Part shown: positions 11,721-22,814 of the stretch, piece after piece
Layout of the letters: each line of letters opens with the position of its first letter
Numbering within the stretch: the stretch's first letter is position 1
From: Eledone cirrhosa
Taxonomy: Eukaryota
Reading direction: 5' to 3'
DNA: 64,000 bases
Assembly: GCA_964016885.1 (NCBI GenBank)
Contig: OZ024741.1
Location: forward strand, 136,896,001-136,960,000
Program-made: the position numbers and the translations under genes
The notes under the pieces: generated by a model
Database searches by the model: none
Seen by the model: the letters and a program-made list of their open reading frames with translations, nothing else
Told to the model about the DNA's origin: nothing

Positions 11721-14700
11721 TATGGGCTGGGTGGGGTAGGAATCATGTTAGCAGAAAAATGGGTAGATAAGATAATAGACGTAAATAGAGTGAACGACAG
11801 AATAATTAAAATAAGACTTGTCCTAAATAGAACTACTGTGACAGTAATATCTGCGTACGCACCCCAATCCGGACTGCCTGGCGTTATAAAAGACAGATTC
11901 TATGAGTCATTGATGCTCACTACCTCCCAAATAACCGACAGTGACTACATAACTATTGCTGGCGACCTAAATGGTCACGTTGGACAACATTGTGACAGCT
12001 ATGACGGAATCCATGGAGGCTATGGGTTTGGTACTAGAAATGAGGAAGGCTCCAGAATCCTGGAATTCTGTGACGCAAATAACCTAACTATCTGTAACAC
12101 TAACTTCAAAAAACGAGACAATCACTTGATCACCTACAGATCAGGGGAACATACCAGCCAGGTAGAGTATATCCTTACCAGAAGACGTGACAGAGTGTCT
12201 GTTGTAAACACTAAATCCCTCCCCCATGAAGAATGCACCTCCTAACATAGACTCATAGTCAGCGACCTCATAGTCAGGACAAGACGTACTCGACAACAGA
12301 GGAGGACTATCCTCAGGAGAAAAATATGGAAGTTAAAGGACCCCACAGCCAGTAATAAATTTAAAAGCATATTACTTGATGCTTTTGACAGTAAGGAAGA
12401 GCAATTAGAGTCGTACAATATAGAGGAGCAGTGGGAATTCCTGAAAGCTAACCTGCTGAAGGTGGCAGATGAAGTCTGTGGCTGGAGCAGACCTATAGGC
12501 AGGAGGAGAGTAACGTGGTGGTGGAACAGTAAGGTGGAGGAGTCAATCAAGGCAAAAAAGCAGGCTTGGAAAGTATGGCGGGATGGGGGAAGTAGAGAAG
12601 ACTATCAAGTGGCCAAGAGGGAAGCTAGGAGACAAGTGTACTTTGCAAGAAGGGAAGCAGAGGAAAGAAAGTTCAAGTATGTTCTACAACGCGAGGACCA
12701 AAAACGTGAGGTGTTCAGGATTGCTAGGCAATGTGTCAAGGAAAACCGTGATATTGTCGGGGAGAAGTGTGTCCTTAATGATGATGGTGTACTTGCCATC
12801 ACTGACGCTGATAAGAAGGTAGATTGGAAGTGTCACTACGAAAGACTACTAAATGAGGAGAATAAATGGGAGAAAGACAGTCTCCCCCACATTGATCCAA
12901 TAGAGGGACCAGCAGTGCAAGTTGAAGGTAGTATAATAAGTAAGGCAATCAAAGATATGAAGACGGGTAAGCCGGCTGGTCCTTCGGAAATAGTTGCTGA
13001 AATGCTGAAAGCATCTGGAACGGTGGGACACACTATGGTCACCCGGATAGTAAACCAAGTCATACAGAATGGCGTCGTTCCGAAGGACTGGCGTAGCAGC
13101 ATCATCATTAACTGCTACAAGGGTAAAGGATATGCCCTAGATAGGGGAAACTATAGAGGCATTAAATTAATTGACCAGGTCATGAAGGTCACAGAAAAAG
13201 TAATAGCGCAACGAATCAGAGAGCGAATTGATCTAGATGAAATGCAGTTTGGGTTTGTCAGGTAAAAGTACCACAGATGCTCTTTTCCTTGTACGACAAC
13301 TACAGGAGAAGTACCTAGCTAAAAGTAAACCCCTATACTTAGCTTTTGTTGACTTGGAGAAAGCCTTTGACAGAGTCTCCCGCTCCATTATCTGGTGGGT
13401 TCTTAGAAAACTAGGTGTTGATGAATGGCTTGTGAGAGCTATACAAGCCATGTATAAAGAAACAGTCAGCAAGGTTAGAATTAACAACGAATATAGTGAA
13501 GAGTTTAGCGTAAAAGTTGGTGTTCATCAGGGCTCCGTTCTTAGCCCCCTACTATTTATTATTGCCCTTCAGGCTATAACAGAGGAGTTCAAGACCGGTT
13601 GCCCATGGAAACTCCTATACGCAGATGATCTAACGCTCATAGCTGAATCAATGGCTGAACTAGAAAAGAAATTCCAAACATGGAAGCATGGCCTAGAATC
13701 AAAAGGCCTTAAACCTGTCTAAGACTAAAGTTCTAGTTTGTAGGAAGGAAAATAGGGCACTGGTCTCATCTGGGAAATGGCCATGCTCAGTGTGTAGGAA
13801 AGGAGTAGGCAGAAACTCCATTTTATGTCCCAAATACAAAGTATGGGTGCATAAAAATGTAGTGGGATCACAGGTAAGCTAACTAAGAATATAGATTTTA
13901 TATGTGGCCGGTGCTCAGGTGCAATAAGTAGCAGCATGTGCCCACAAAATACTAGCTCATTCCATTGCACAGATGGTTCTATAGAAATAGTGGACACCTT
14001 CCGTTACCTGGGTGACAAAATCAGCAGTGGTGGAGGGTGCTCTGAAAGTGCAGTAGCTGGAGTCAGAACGGGGTGGAAAAAGTTCAGAGAGCTTATAGCA
14101 CTATTGGCCGCTAAAGGGTTCTCTCTAAAAGTGAAAGGCAGGCTGTATGCTGCCTGCATACGAACAGCAATGTTACATGGCAGTAAGACCTGGGCATTGT
14201 GTGCAGAGGATATACGCAGACTGGAGAGGAACGAAGCTTGCATGCTCCGTTGGATGTGTAATAGTAATATATGTGAACGGCAAAGCATGAACTAAGGGAG
14301 AAATTAGGAATAAGAGGGATCAGATGTTGTTTACTCGAGAGAAGACTACGTTGGTATGGTCACGTGATGCGCTTGAAAGACGACAGCTGTATAAAAAAGT
14401 ACAGGGCGATAAAAATAGACGGTAGCCACGGAGTAGGCAGACCCAGAAAAACCTGGGACGACTTGATAAATTCCGACCTCACACACTTACACCTCTCCAA
14501 GACAATGTCACTGGACCGAGATCTTTGGCGCTACACAGTAATACAGAAGACCCGCCTTGCCTAAGTACAAAGCGAAACCTACAGTCAGTAGGCACCTCTT
14601 AACAAAAATACACCCCGTCCCACTACCCCCACCCCATCCACACCACCCCTTTCGATGTAAAGTTATGTTGGTTCCACAACATCCAGTCCGAAATAAATGA

Positions 14701-14779
14701 GGTCGTGTAGGTGTCACGACAAATAAACACACAGTCCACGCTGTAATGTGGCTGTGTAGGTAACACGGTAAAAACCTCC
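11721..14779 (+). mobile_element. RTE-clade LINE, 5'-truncated, frameshifted (APE endonuclease, RT, Cys/His finger after RT)
   Basis: EN motifs SAYAPQ and AGDLNGHVG; RT motifs NYRGIKL, FVDLEKAFD, GVHQGSVLSP, LLYADD; RLRWYGHV and GRPRKTW; stop 14562-14564, then 3' UTR. Confidence 0.93.
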
Positions 14780-17700
14780 GCTCGACCTTTCAAGGATAGT
14801 TTGCACTCGGCCCATTTCTGGGCGAGCACAAACACCTTGGCCGTTACCTCGTTCCAGTCTTTCTCCAACTGGAGGTCCGTTCCAAATCAAATCCCGAACA
14901 GCTTCACCGGTCCCTCCGTCCAGCGTCCGACGACGCCGTCAGAAGGCATCGGTTTGCCTCTCCAGGTTCCGAGTTGCAAACCGACGGACTTGTCCCGGTT
15001 CAGCTTCGCTCCTGTAAACCTTTCGTATTCCTTCAGTAAGATGGCAACCTCCCCGATTTGCGAGGTGCTCGTCACCATTACGCCGACGACGCTTTTCGCA
15101 GTCCCAGTTCCAACGAGATGCCCTGCAGTAACTCCAACTTTCGCAGTAGTGGCTCGAGAGTCAGTACGTACAGAAGGAAGGAGAGAGGGCATCCCTGTCG
15201 GATGGATCACGTGATTTGGAACGGCTCCGAGAGGTAACCATTCACCTTGACCCTTGAGCAGATGTTGCTGCTGTGCATTGCAGCAATCCAGCCCCTGAAC
15301 ACGGGTCCGAGGCCTGCCGCCGCGAGCACCACATCCAGGTAACGATGGTCGACTCTATCGAATGCCTTAGACTGATCCAAATTTATCAGTGCCCCACCGA
15401 AACCGGGTTCACACCCTACCCGCTCTACGATGTATCGCATGAGATGGAGGTTGTCGTTTATGGACCTGGTCGGGATTGCGCATGTCTGCGCTTCTCCCAC
15501 CAGGTTTTCGACAAGTGCCAGCCTCTTTGCTAGCAGCTTGGCCAAAATCTGTAACTGTGTTTAGCAGAGTTATGGGCCTGAAGTTACTAATGTCGTCCCC
15601 CTTGTTCTTGTCCTTCCTGACCAGCGTGACTACGCCCTTGGTCACAGAACTCCCATTTTCCATTCTGCTACCACTTGCAGTAGACCGCTTCGAGGAGACC
15701 GGAGAACAAGTCCAGCATTGCTACGTAAAATCCGTAGGGTAGACCGTCGAGACCTGGCGATTTGCGTTTGCCGCATTGGCTCAGTGCGTTCCCTATCTCA
15801 GCGGCCGAAATCGGCCTTTCGCAGAACTTCACCTCCCCGTCCGAGAGTCGCGGCAGGCCGTCAAGGTATGGACCAAAATCCATAGCCCTTCCCGGCGCGC
15901 CACCCTGCCCGAATAGTTGTGCAAAGTGCCTACTGAAAGGCCGCGTACATCTGCTCCGGTTCAAGTATCACGCGCCTGTCTTGGTCCTTCAAAGACCGAA
16001 TCGTGGACTTGTTGCCAATTTTTGCCTGTCACTCGGGCCCAGCTAACAGCTTTGGTTCCCTCGTTTCCTAGAGCACGTGATTTACTCCTGACAACTCAAC
16101 CTTCGTGCTTTGCGTCGAAGAACTGGTTCAGGGCCGTTCTTATCGCTAGCACGTTAGCTACGCTGCCACTCCTAATCGCCTCTTCTACTTTATCTACCAG
16201 TTCCTTTTCAGTCTTATTCCTATCTAACGCTAGTTCTTTACTAAAGCCCATCGATTCTAGTCTAATTGCTCTCTTAAGAGAGCACCACCACCTGTTGTTG
16301 ACAATTGCCTCCGTCAACTGCTGCTTAACTAAAGTGCTAATCCGACTACTCTATGCTTTACGTGTCGGTAACGACAGGTTCAACTTCCAGTAGCTGGGTC
16401 CCTGCCTATGGGTTCTATCAAGGTTGACTACGCAGGTCACTAGTTTGTGATCCGAATAGCCAACCATGAATATGTGTGGACAGCTTAATATTTCCCTATC
16501 CCTAATTAGAAACCTATCTAAGTACGATCTAGATGTCCCGTTACGGTTCGTCCACGTCCACAGTGGCGCAGTCCGGAAATCTAGTCGGTATCTATCGGCC
16601 AGTTGAAATCGGCCGATTAATTGTTTGAGGCTGATACACCCACCTCTATCGGGACATGCTCCTACATAATCCTAACGTGCATCTAGGATTCCATTACAGT
16701 CCTCCACTAAAAGCAAGTAGCGGGACGTTCCCAGAAAGGTCTCCAGACGTTTGAAGAAGTCTGGCCGCAATGTCCCGGATGGGGCATATACGGCCACTTG
16801 TCTGAAGGCTCCACCTTCACTACTGTTGACGTCTAGGACCACCAGTCGTACCGTCTGTGTTACGGGGTCCAGGTGTTTCCGCAGCAAAACGGCAACCCCG
16901 CCTCCCGGCTGACAGTGAGATGCGTAGATCTGAAAGTCGTCGAAGATGGGGGCCAGCTGTCGCTCGCTGTGGATCCTGGACTCACAAATGACTGCCACAT
17001 CCATACTGTGCGACCTGAGGTCGTTTAAGAGTTTGCCCTGTTTCCAGGACATCCCCAGGCCGCGCACATTCACACATCCAACTCTTATATTGGCCATATT
17101 GGTGAAGAAGAGTTAGAAAAGAGGAAAGAATTCACTTACCTCCTCGCTTCCTGGAGTCCAGGCTGCACAATGTCCATGGGGGTGTTAGAGGGGTTGTTTG
17201 TTAGGGTGGTGGTTTCTGGCGGGGCGGGGACGGAGATGTTTGGTGGGGTGGGGGTGGGGAAACATTTTAAAAAGACGCGTTTCATGGGTTTGACGCATGA
17301 ATTCCCCCACGTCCTTATCGAAGTTTTCTTTTAGGGACCTATATGTGTCTATCGGGACCCTAATCATTTTTAGGTTTGGTTTGTCCAAACAGTTTATAAA
17401 AGTTTCCCTTTGGTTTTCACCGCAGGGTTTTTGGAGATGACCTCCATTAGAATTTTGTTTTGAGTATTTATGCAGGTGTATGTGTAATGTCCTTGTGTTG
17501 TGTTGGTTTTTGTTTGTTGTTCTTGTGTTTTCATTTTGTTGTAAGTGTTTGCGTTTGGAGTGTTGTCGTTGTTTTGTTTTCAGGAGGGGGGATTTTTGTT
17601 TGTAATGTTTGTGTTGGTGGTTGTGTGTTTGTTGCCTTTTTGTTCGTGTTATGTCTTTTTTCTTTCCTTTTGGAACGGAGGGGTCCTCCGTCATCATCAG

Positions 17701-18035
17701 TGAGTGGTGATGAGGGGACCTCGTCTGTTGTGGTGTGTGTGTGATTGGGGAGGGGTACGTTTTGGAGAACTGTTGTGCTTGTGGGTGTTTTTGGAGTTGT
17801 TTTAGGTGGGGAAAGGTTGGGTGGGACTGTTTGCGGTTTGGTTTGTTTTGGTTATTTTTGTGTGTTGTGGTGGTGGTGGTTGTGTTGCTGTCTTAGGTGT
17901 TGGCAGTAGTGCCTTTTTTTTTTTTTTTTTAAACAGTTAGCTGAGGACAGGAAGCCCTCAGGTGACCACTGCTTAAACAGTGGTAACATGAAGGCCGCCT
18001 ACCCTCAACAGAAATGTTTATGTAGGTGGTGGTGC
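14779..18035 (-). mobile_element. Tx1-like (L1-clade) retrotransposon: ORF1 C-half plus ORF2 EN/RT, 3'-truncated
   Basis: CYHCLSSGHLRASC knuckle; ORF2 ATG 17097 MANIRVGCVNVRG; KSPGLDGLP, FRPITLLN, LDQSKAFDRVDH; YADD deleted. Confidence 0.9.
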
Positions 18036-19970
18036 TGCACAATATCCATGATGTTGTTTGGTAGGATGGTTTCTGGCAGGGTGGGGACGGAGGTGTTTGG
18101 TGGGGAGGGGGTGTCTGGGTGAGGGTGGGGAACATTTTAAAAGGACGCGGTTAATGGGTTTAACGCAAGGGTTACCCACGTCCTTAGAAAAGTTTTTCTT
18201 TAAAGACTTATAGGGGTCCGTAGGGACCCTAATCATCTTTAAATTGGGTCTGTCTAAACAATTGGAAAAAGTTTTCCCTTCAATTTTCACCGAAGGGTCG
18301 TTGGAAATGACCTCCAATAAAGTTGTTTTCGCTGTTTACATATGTGTAATGTTCTTGTTGTGTTGTATTGGTTTTTGTCTGTTCTTGTGTGAGCTTTCGT
18401 TTTGTTGTAAGTGTTTGTGTTTAGAGTGATGTCGTGGTTTTGTTTTTGGGACGGGGGGTTTTTGTTTGTAATGTTTGTTGTTTGTGTTGGTGGTTGTATG
18501 TTTGTAGTGATGTTTGTTGCTTTTTTGTTCTGGTGTCTTTTCTTCTTTCCTTTCCTTTCGAATGGAGAGGCTCTCCCTCATCATCACTTGGTGATGATGA
18601 GGGGGCCTTGTCCGTTGTGACGTCTGTGTTATTTGGAAGGGGTATGTTTTGGGGAGCTGTTGTGTTTGTGTTTGTGCAGTGGTTTTAGGTGGAGTGGGGT
18701 TGGGTGGGACTGTGCTTGCGGTTTGGTTTGTTGTTCTTGTTTTGGTTATTTTTGTGTGTTGTTGTTGTTGTGGTGGTGGTGGTGGTTGTGTTGTTGTTGG
18801 CAGTAGTGCCTTTTTTTTCTTGCAGTTAGCTGAGGACAGAAAGCCTTCAGGTGACCACTGCTTAAACACTGGTAACATGAAAGTCGCCTACCCTCAACAG
18901 AAATATTTATGTATGAATTCCCATCCAGAGGCACACGTTGGGGTATTTTAGCTATCCGTTTTGGCCTCATTTAGACCAGAACTTCCAGGCTTGTACCATT
19001 GAATGTGCCTCTGGAGGACTTTCCCACTGAAATGATGGTGTCTTCATCGAAATCGATGAAGCCAGTCAAAATCCACCAGACGTTTACATTTGGTGTAATG
19101 TTCGAAATTTTAATTTTCTGGGTTCTTTTTCCTATATATGTAGGGGAAAAGGTGTAATGGGGGACACAATTGGCGACACAGAATATTTTTGTGCCGTCAA
19201 TTGGTCTTTCATCAGCACCGAAATGCTTCCGAAAAGTTTATCTTTTTGGATGAAGGCAATATCCTTCATTGAATTCTTCAGAACCAGTTCAATTTCGTTT
19301 TGGGATAATTGCACTGGTTTTTTAGACGAATTTGAAACTGTCCTAAAAATTATTGTATTTAGGATAGTTTCTCTACGTAACTGTTGAAGAGAAGTGATGC
19401 TGAAAGCACCATTCGCACCAAAACTTACATATTGTTTTGCTTCTCTTAACAACTCCCTAGCATTTGAGGTGTCAAGATATGTAAATAGTTTCGTCTTTTG
19501 GACGGTTTGTGCAAAGGAAATCTTTTCCTTGTTTGTGGAGTTGTTCGTGTTGCTGTTGTTGTTCTTGGTGTCATTATTGTTGTTCTGGTTGGTGTTGTTC
19601 AAATTTTCCATGTTATTGGTGTTACAGTCAAAGTTCGACATCGTGTTTACAAGTCTCTCAAACCTGACGACATTTTCAACATCTTTCAATGATGTGGTGA
19701 GAGGAGATGACTGCGAGCTTAACACTCTTACCGCCTCTCCACCACTTCTAGTCCATGACAGAATGCAAAGTTTTGTTTACAATTTTTTCACAGAAAATTT
19801 TTTCAAACGAAAATTTCACCCCAGGGAGGGGTGAAAATGAGTTGACCCACCGTCTGAAGGTCCAGATGTGGGGTCAAGCTATAAAACAGTATCAAATTCA
19901 ACAATAAATTTTTTATTTCTTAAGTAGAAAATCAACAAAAACTTACCAGAGAACTGGCACGTCTATCGAT
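18036..19970 (-). mobile_element. Tx1-like element A: intact 5' end plus most of ORF1
   Basis: 5' GACGTG at 19963, double hairpin 19814-19877, Asn-rich N-terminus, SFAQTV, CYQCLSSGHLKAFC. Confidence 0.88.
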
Positions 19971-19974
19971 AGAG

Positions 19975-22812
19975 AGATAGATTTCTTTATTTGCCACAAG
20001 GGCGCACAATAAAAGGGGACAATACAAAGACACATGCCAGGGATTTTACATAGTCATGTAAACAAAGTTTAACATTAAAATATAACAATCGAAATCCCCA
20101 ATAGGGGAGAGGCCTTACGAATGGGTTGTTTAATACCCCATAGATAGAACAACCCTCAACTCCAGGAGCATGATGTGCAAGTACTCCTTTCTTCCTTTTG
20201 CTCTCTTCTTCAACCTACAGGTCTATATACAAAGAAGGCCCAATCACTCGAGCCAGTTTTGCCACATTCACCCACCTTTCAGTGAATTTACTGGAGTGCA
20301 GTACTTCTCTCTCCATTCTGATTCTCCTTCTAAAGTGGTATCTAAAGAAGGGAAAGAGTTGTTGTCCGGAGAGAAAGGCATGTCCTCAGTCCTCTCAGCC
20401 TTGTCCACCATATAACCTCTTTCACCATAGCCACTATACAGAGGAAAACCGCCTCTCTTTCGTTTTTAAATGAAGATGGCGGTTTGAACCTTGCTATGGA
20501 CCCGGCAGTCAACTGGATTTGTCCCACAGGTCGGTTACGTCTGGGCAGTGTACAATTGCGTGCAGGACGGTTTCAATGTCCCGCTCGTATCTTGGACACG
20601 TCCTCTTTGAAGAATCCCTGCCGGGGCGCCCGTGCCTGTAGATCTGATCGCGTACTGGTATAGCTCCTCGGTAGCACTGCCAAGCCAGGGACCTTTGGAA
20701 ATTGTCCATAGGTCCCGGGCGGAAAGTCCTACCAAACAGACTGGTGAGCTCGTCTTCTTCGACGCCCAGAGTCTCTCTGAGCACGTTGTCGCACTTGTAT
20801 TGTACTATCCTTCTATAGAGTGACAAAGTGGAATCACCACTGATTGCTGTGTCCACTTGACAGGACTGTGAGCGCCTGAGCGCATTCAATGTGCCAGGCG
20901 CCCATTTTCTTTGATCTCCGCTTGACCCCGGACTGCAGCTCCGTCAGCAAGATAAGTTGCAAAAAGGCTCGTCTCACAAACGGGGCCCACACCGGTTGGT
21001 CGGTAAGGAATACCTGGAGATGCCGTAGCCTCAGCGCATCATCAGCCACGGCATTCCCAGCCCTCCGTTGAAAGGGTGCTGGCAGCAGACGGATCTCCTC
21101 ACCAGTGGGGCCTGCTTCTGCCAAAGGAATTGGAAGAGCATGCATTCCATCTTGGTGAGATATTCACGGGGACAAGGCTCGATGGTCAAACGGTAGTAGA
21201 TGACAGACAGAAAGTGTTCGCCACCTCCGCTCGACCTTTCAAGGATAGGTTGCACTCTGCCCACTTCTGGGTGAGCACAAATACCTTGGCCATGACCTTG
21301 TTCCAGTTTTTCTCCACCTGGAGGTCCGGACCGAACCAGACCCTGAGCAATTTCACCGCTCCTTCCGTCCAACGACGCTGTCGGACGGCATCGGTTTGCT
21401 TCTCCACGTTGCACACCGACAGACTTCTCCGGGTTGAGTTTTGCAGTGTCTGATTTGACGATGGTTTTCCCCTCGGTTTCCACTTTGGGGTCTTTGGAGA
21501 TGACCTCCATCAGATTTTTGTTTTTCGTGTTAATGTATGCATACTGTTGTTTATATTTTTGTTGTTCATTTTGTAGCTTTCTTTTTATGGTGGGCATTTG
21601 TGTTTGTGGTGGTGGTGTTCGTTTTGCTGGTAGGGGGTGTTTGATTGTGTTTGTGTTGGTGATTGGTGTTTTTGTGGCGTCTCTTTTTTTGTCTTTTGGA
21701 TTTCTGAAGCTCTCCTTCATCCTCGCTTGGGGATGGAGAAGTAGCCTCGTCTGATGAATCGTCATCAGGGGCAGGTGGGAGGAGTATGTTGTGTGGTGAT
21801 GGTGTGTTTGTGGTAGTGTTGGGTGAAGTGGGATAGGTTGGGACTGTGTTTTTCAGGGGAATTGTTTGTTTTTTATGTTGTTTGTGGTTGAGCAGTTATT
21901 TTTTGTGTTGTTGTTGTTGTGGTGGTGGTGTTGGTAAAAGTACTTATTTTTGGCTGGTATGTTGGTAATGTTTATTCTGTGTCCTTTTTCGCCATGTATG
22001 TAGGGAAAAAGGTGTGGCAGAAGTGACCGGGGTCACTGCGTATTTTTGCACAAGGGCCTCACTTTTGAAGAGCACCAAAATGCTTCCATATAATTTAGCC
22101 TTTGTATGAAATGAATGTGTGCGGCATTGCCTCTTTCAAGACGATTTCAATCTCGCCTTGAGTAAGGAAAGCTGGTTGTTTTAGTGTGTTTGAAATCGTG
22201 CGAAAAATCAGTCCTTCGCACTGTCAGCTCTGATTTGGGGCGGAGAGGTGATTTTAAATCCCCCTTTTTCTTCAAAGGTAACATTTTTTCCCTTCACTTA
22301 TCTCCTTCGCATTGGAAATGACGATGTCAATAAAACTTTCTTTGCTTATTGTTGCAAAAGATTTTTTATGGTTGTTGCTGCTGCTGCTGCTGTTGTTGTT
22401 GTTGTCATCGTCATTTGTTTTGTTTGTGGTAGTAAGATTGGTTAGTTCAGTTGTGGTTTTGTCTTTCGGTTTAGCAGTTGTTTGTGTAAGTTCTGTGTCA
22501 ATTTTTTGACGAAAGTTGTTTGTATTTGTAGCCATGACAAGTTCATGGTCAAACGACTTTGTTACATTGGAGTCTAGTCTCCCTTCACTACTTGTAGTTG
22601 TAGTCGGCCATGCACATTCACGCTTCCAACTCGTAAGTCAGCCATGTTGATGGAGAAGAGTTGGCGAAAAGGACGAAAAGGTGCACTTACCTTTTCGTTT
22701 CCTGGAGATCGGGTTGTTCAATCTCCATTTCAGTTCTGGTGGGGGTGTTGAGTGGGGTGGGGAAACATTTCAACAGGACACGGTTTATTGGTTTTTCTTA
22801 ACAGTTTTTCAA
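19975..22812 (-). mobile_element. Tx1-like chimeric segment: short ORF1-end/ORF2-start piece, deleted ORF1, ORF2 C-terminus and intact 3' UTR
   Basis: ORF1/ORF2 junction at 22645-22690; ORF1-to-RT deletion joint ~21445; CPR..ETVLHAIVHC; stop 20215-20217; CCCTTGTGGCAAATAAAGAAA end. Confidence 0.85.
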
Positions 22813-22814
22813 AT

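Noticed and set aside
19814-19963. Spliced-leader RNA gene (short leader, GTAAGT, hairpins)
   Set aside because: Leader sequence differs between copies, there is no Sm site between the hairpins, and it is always attached to ORF1.
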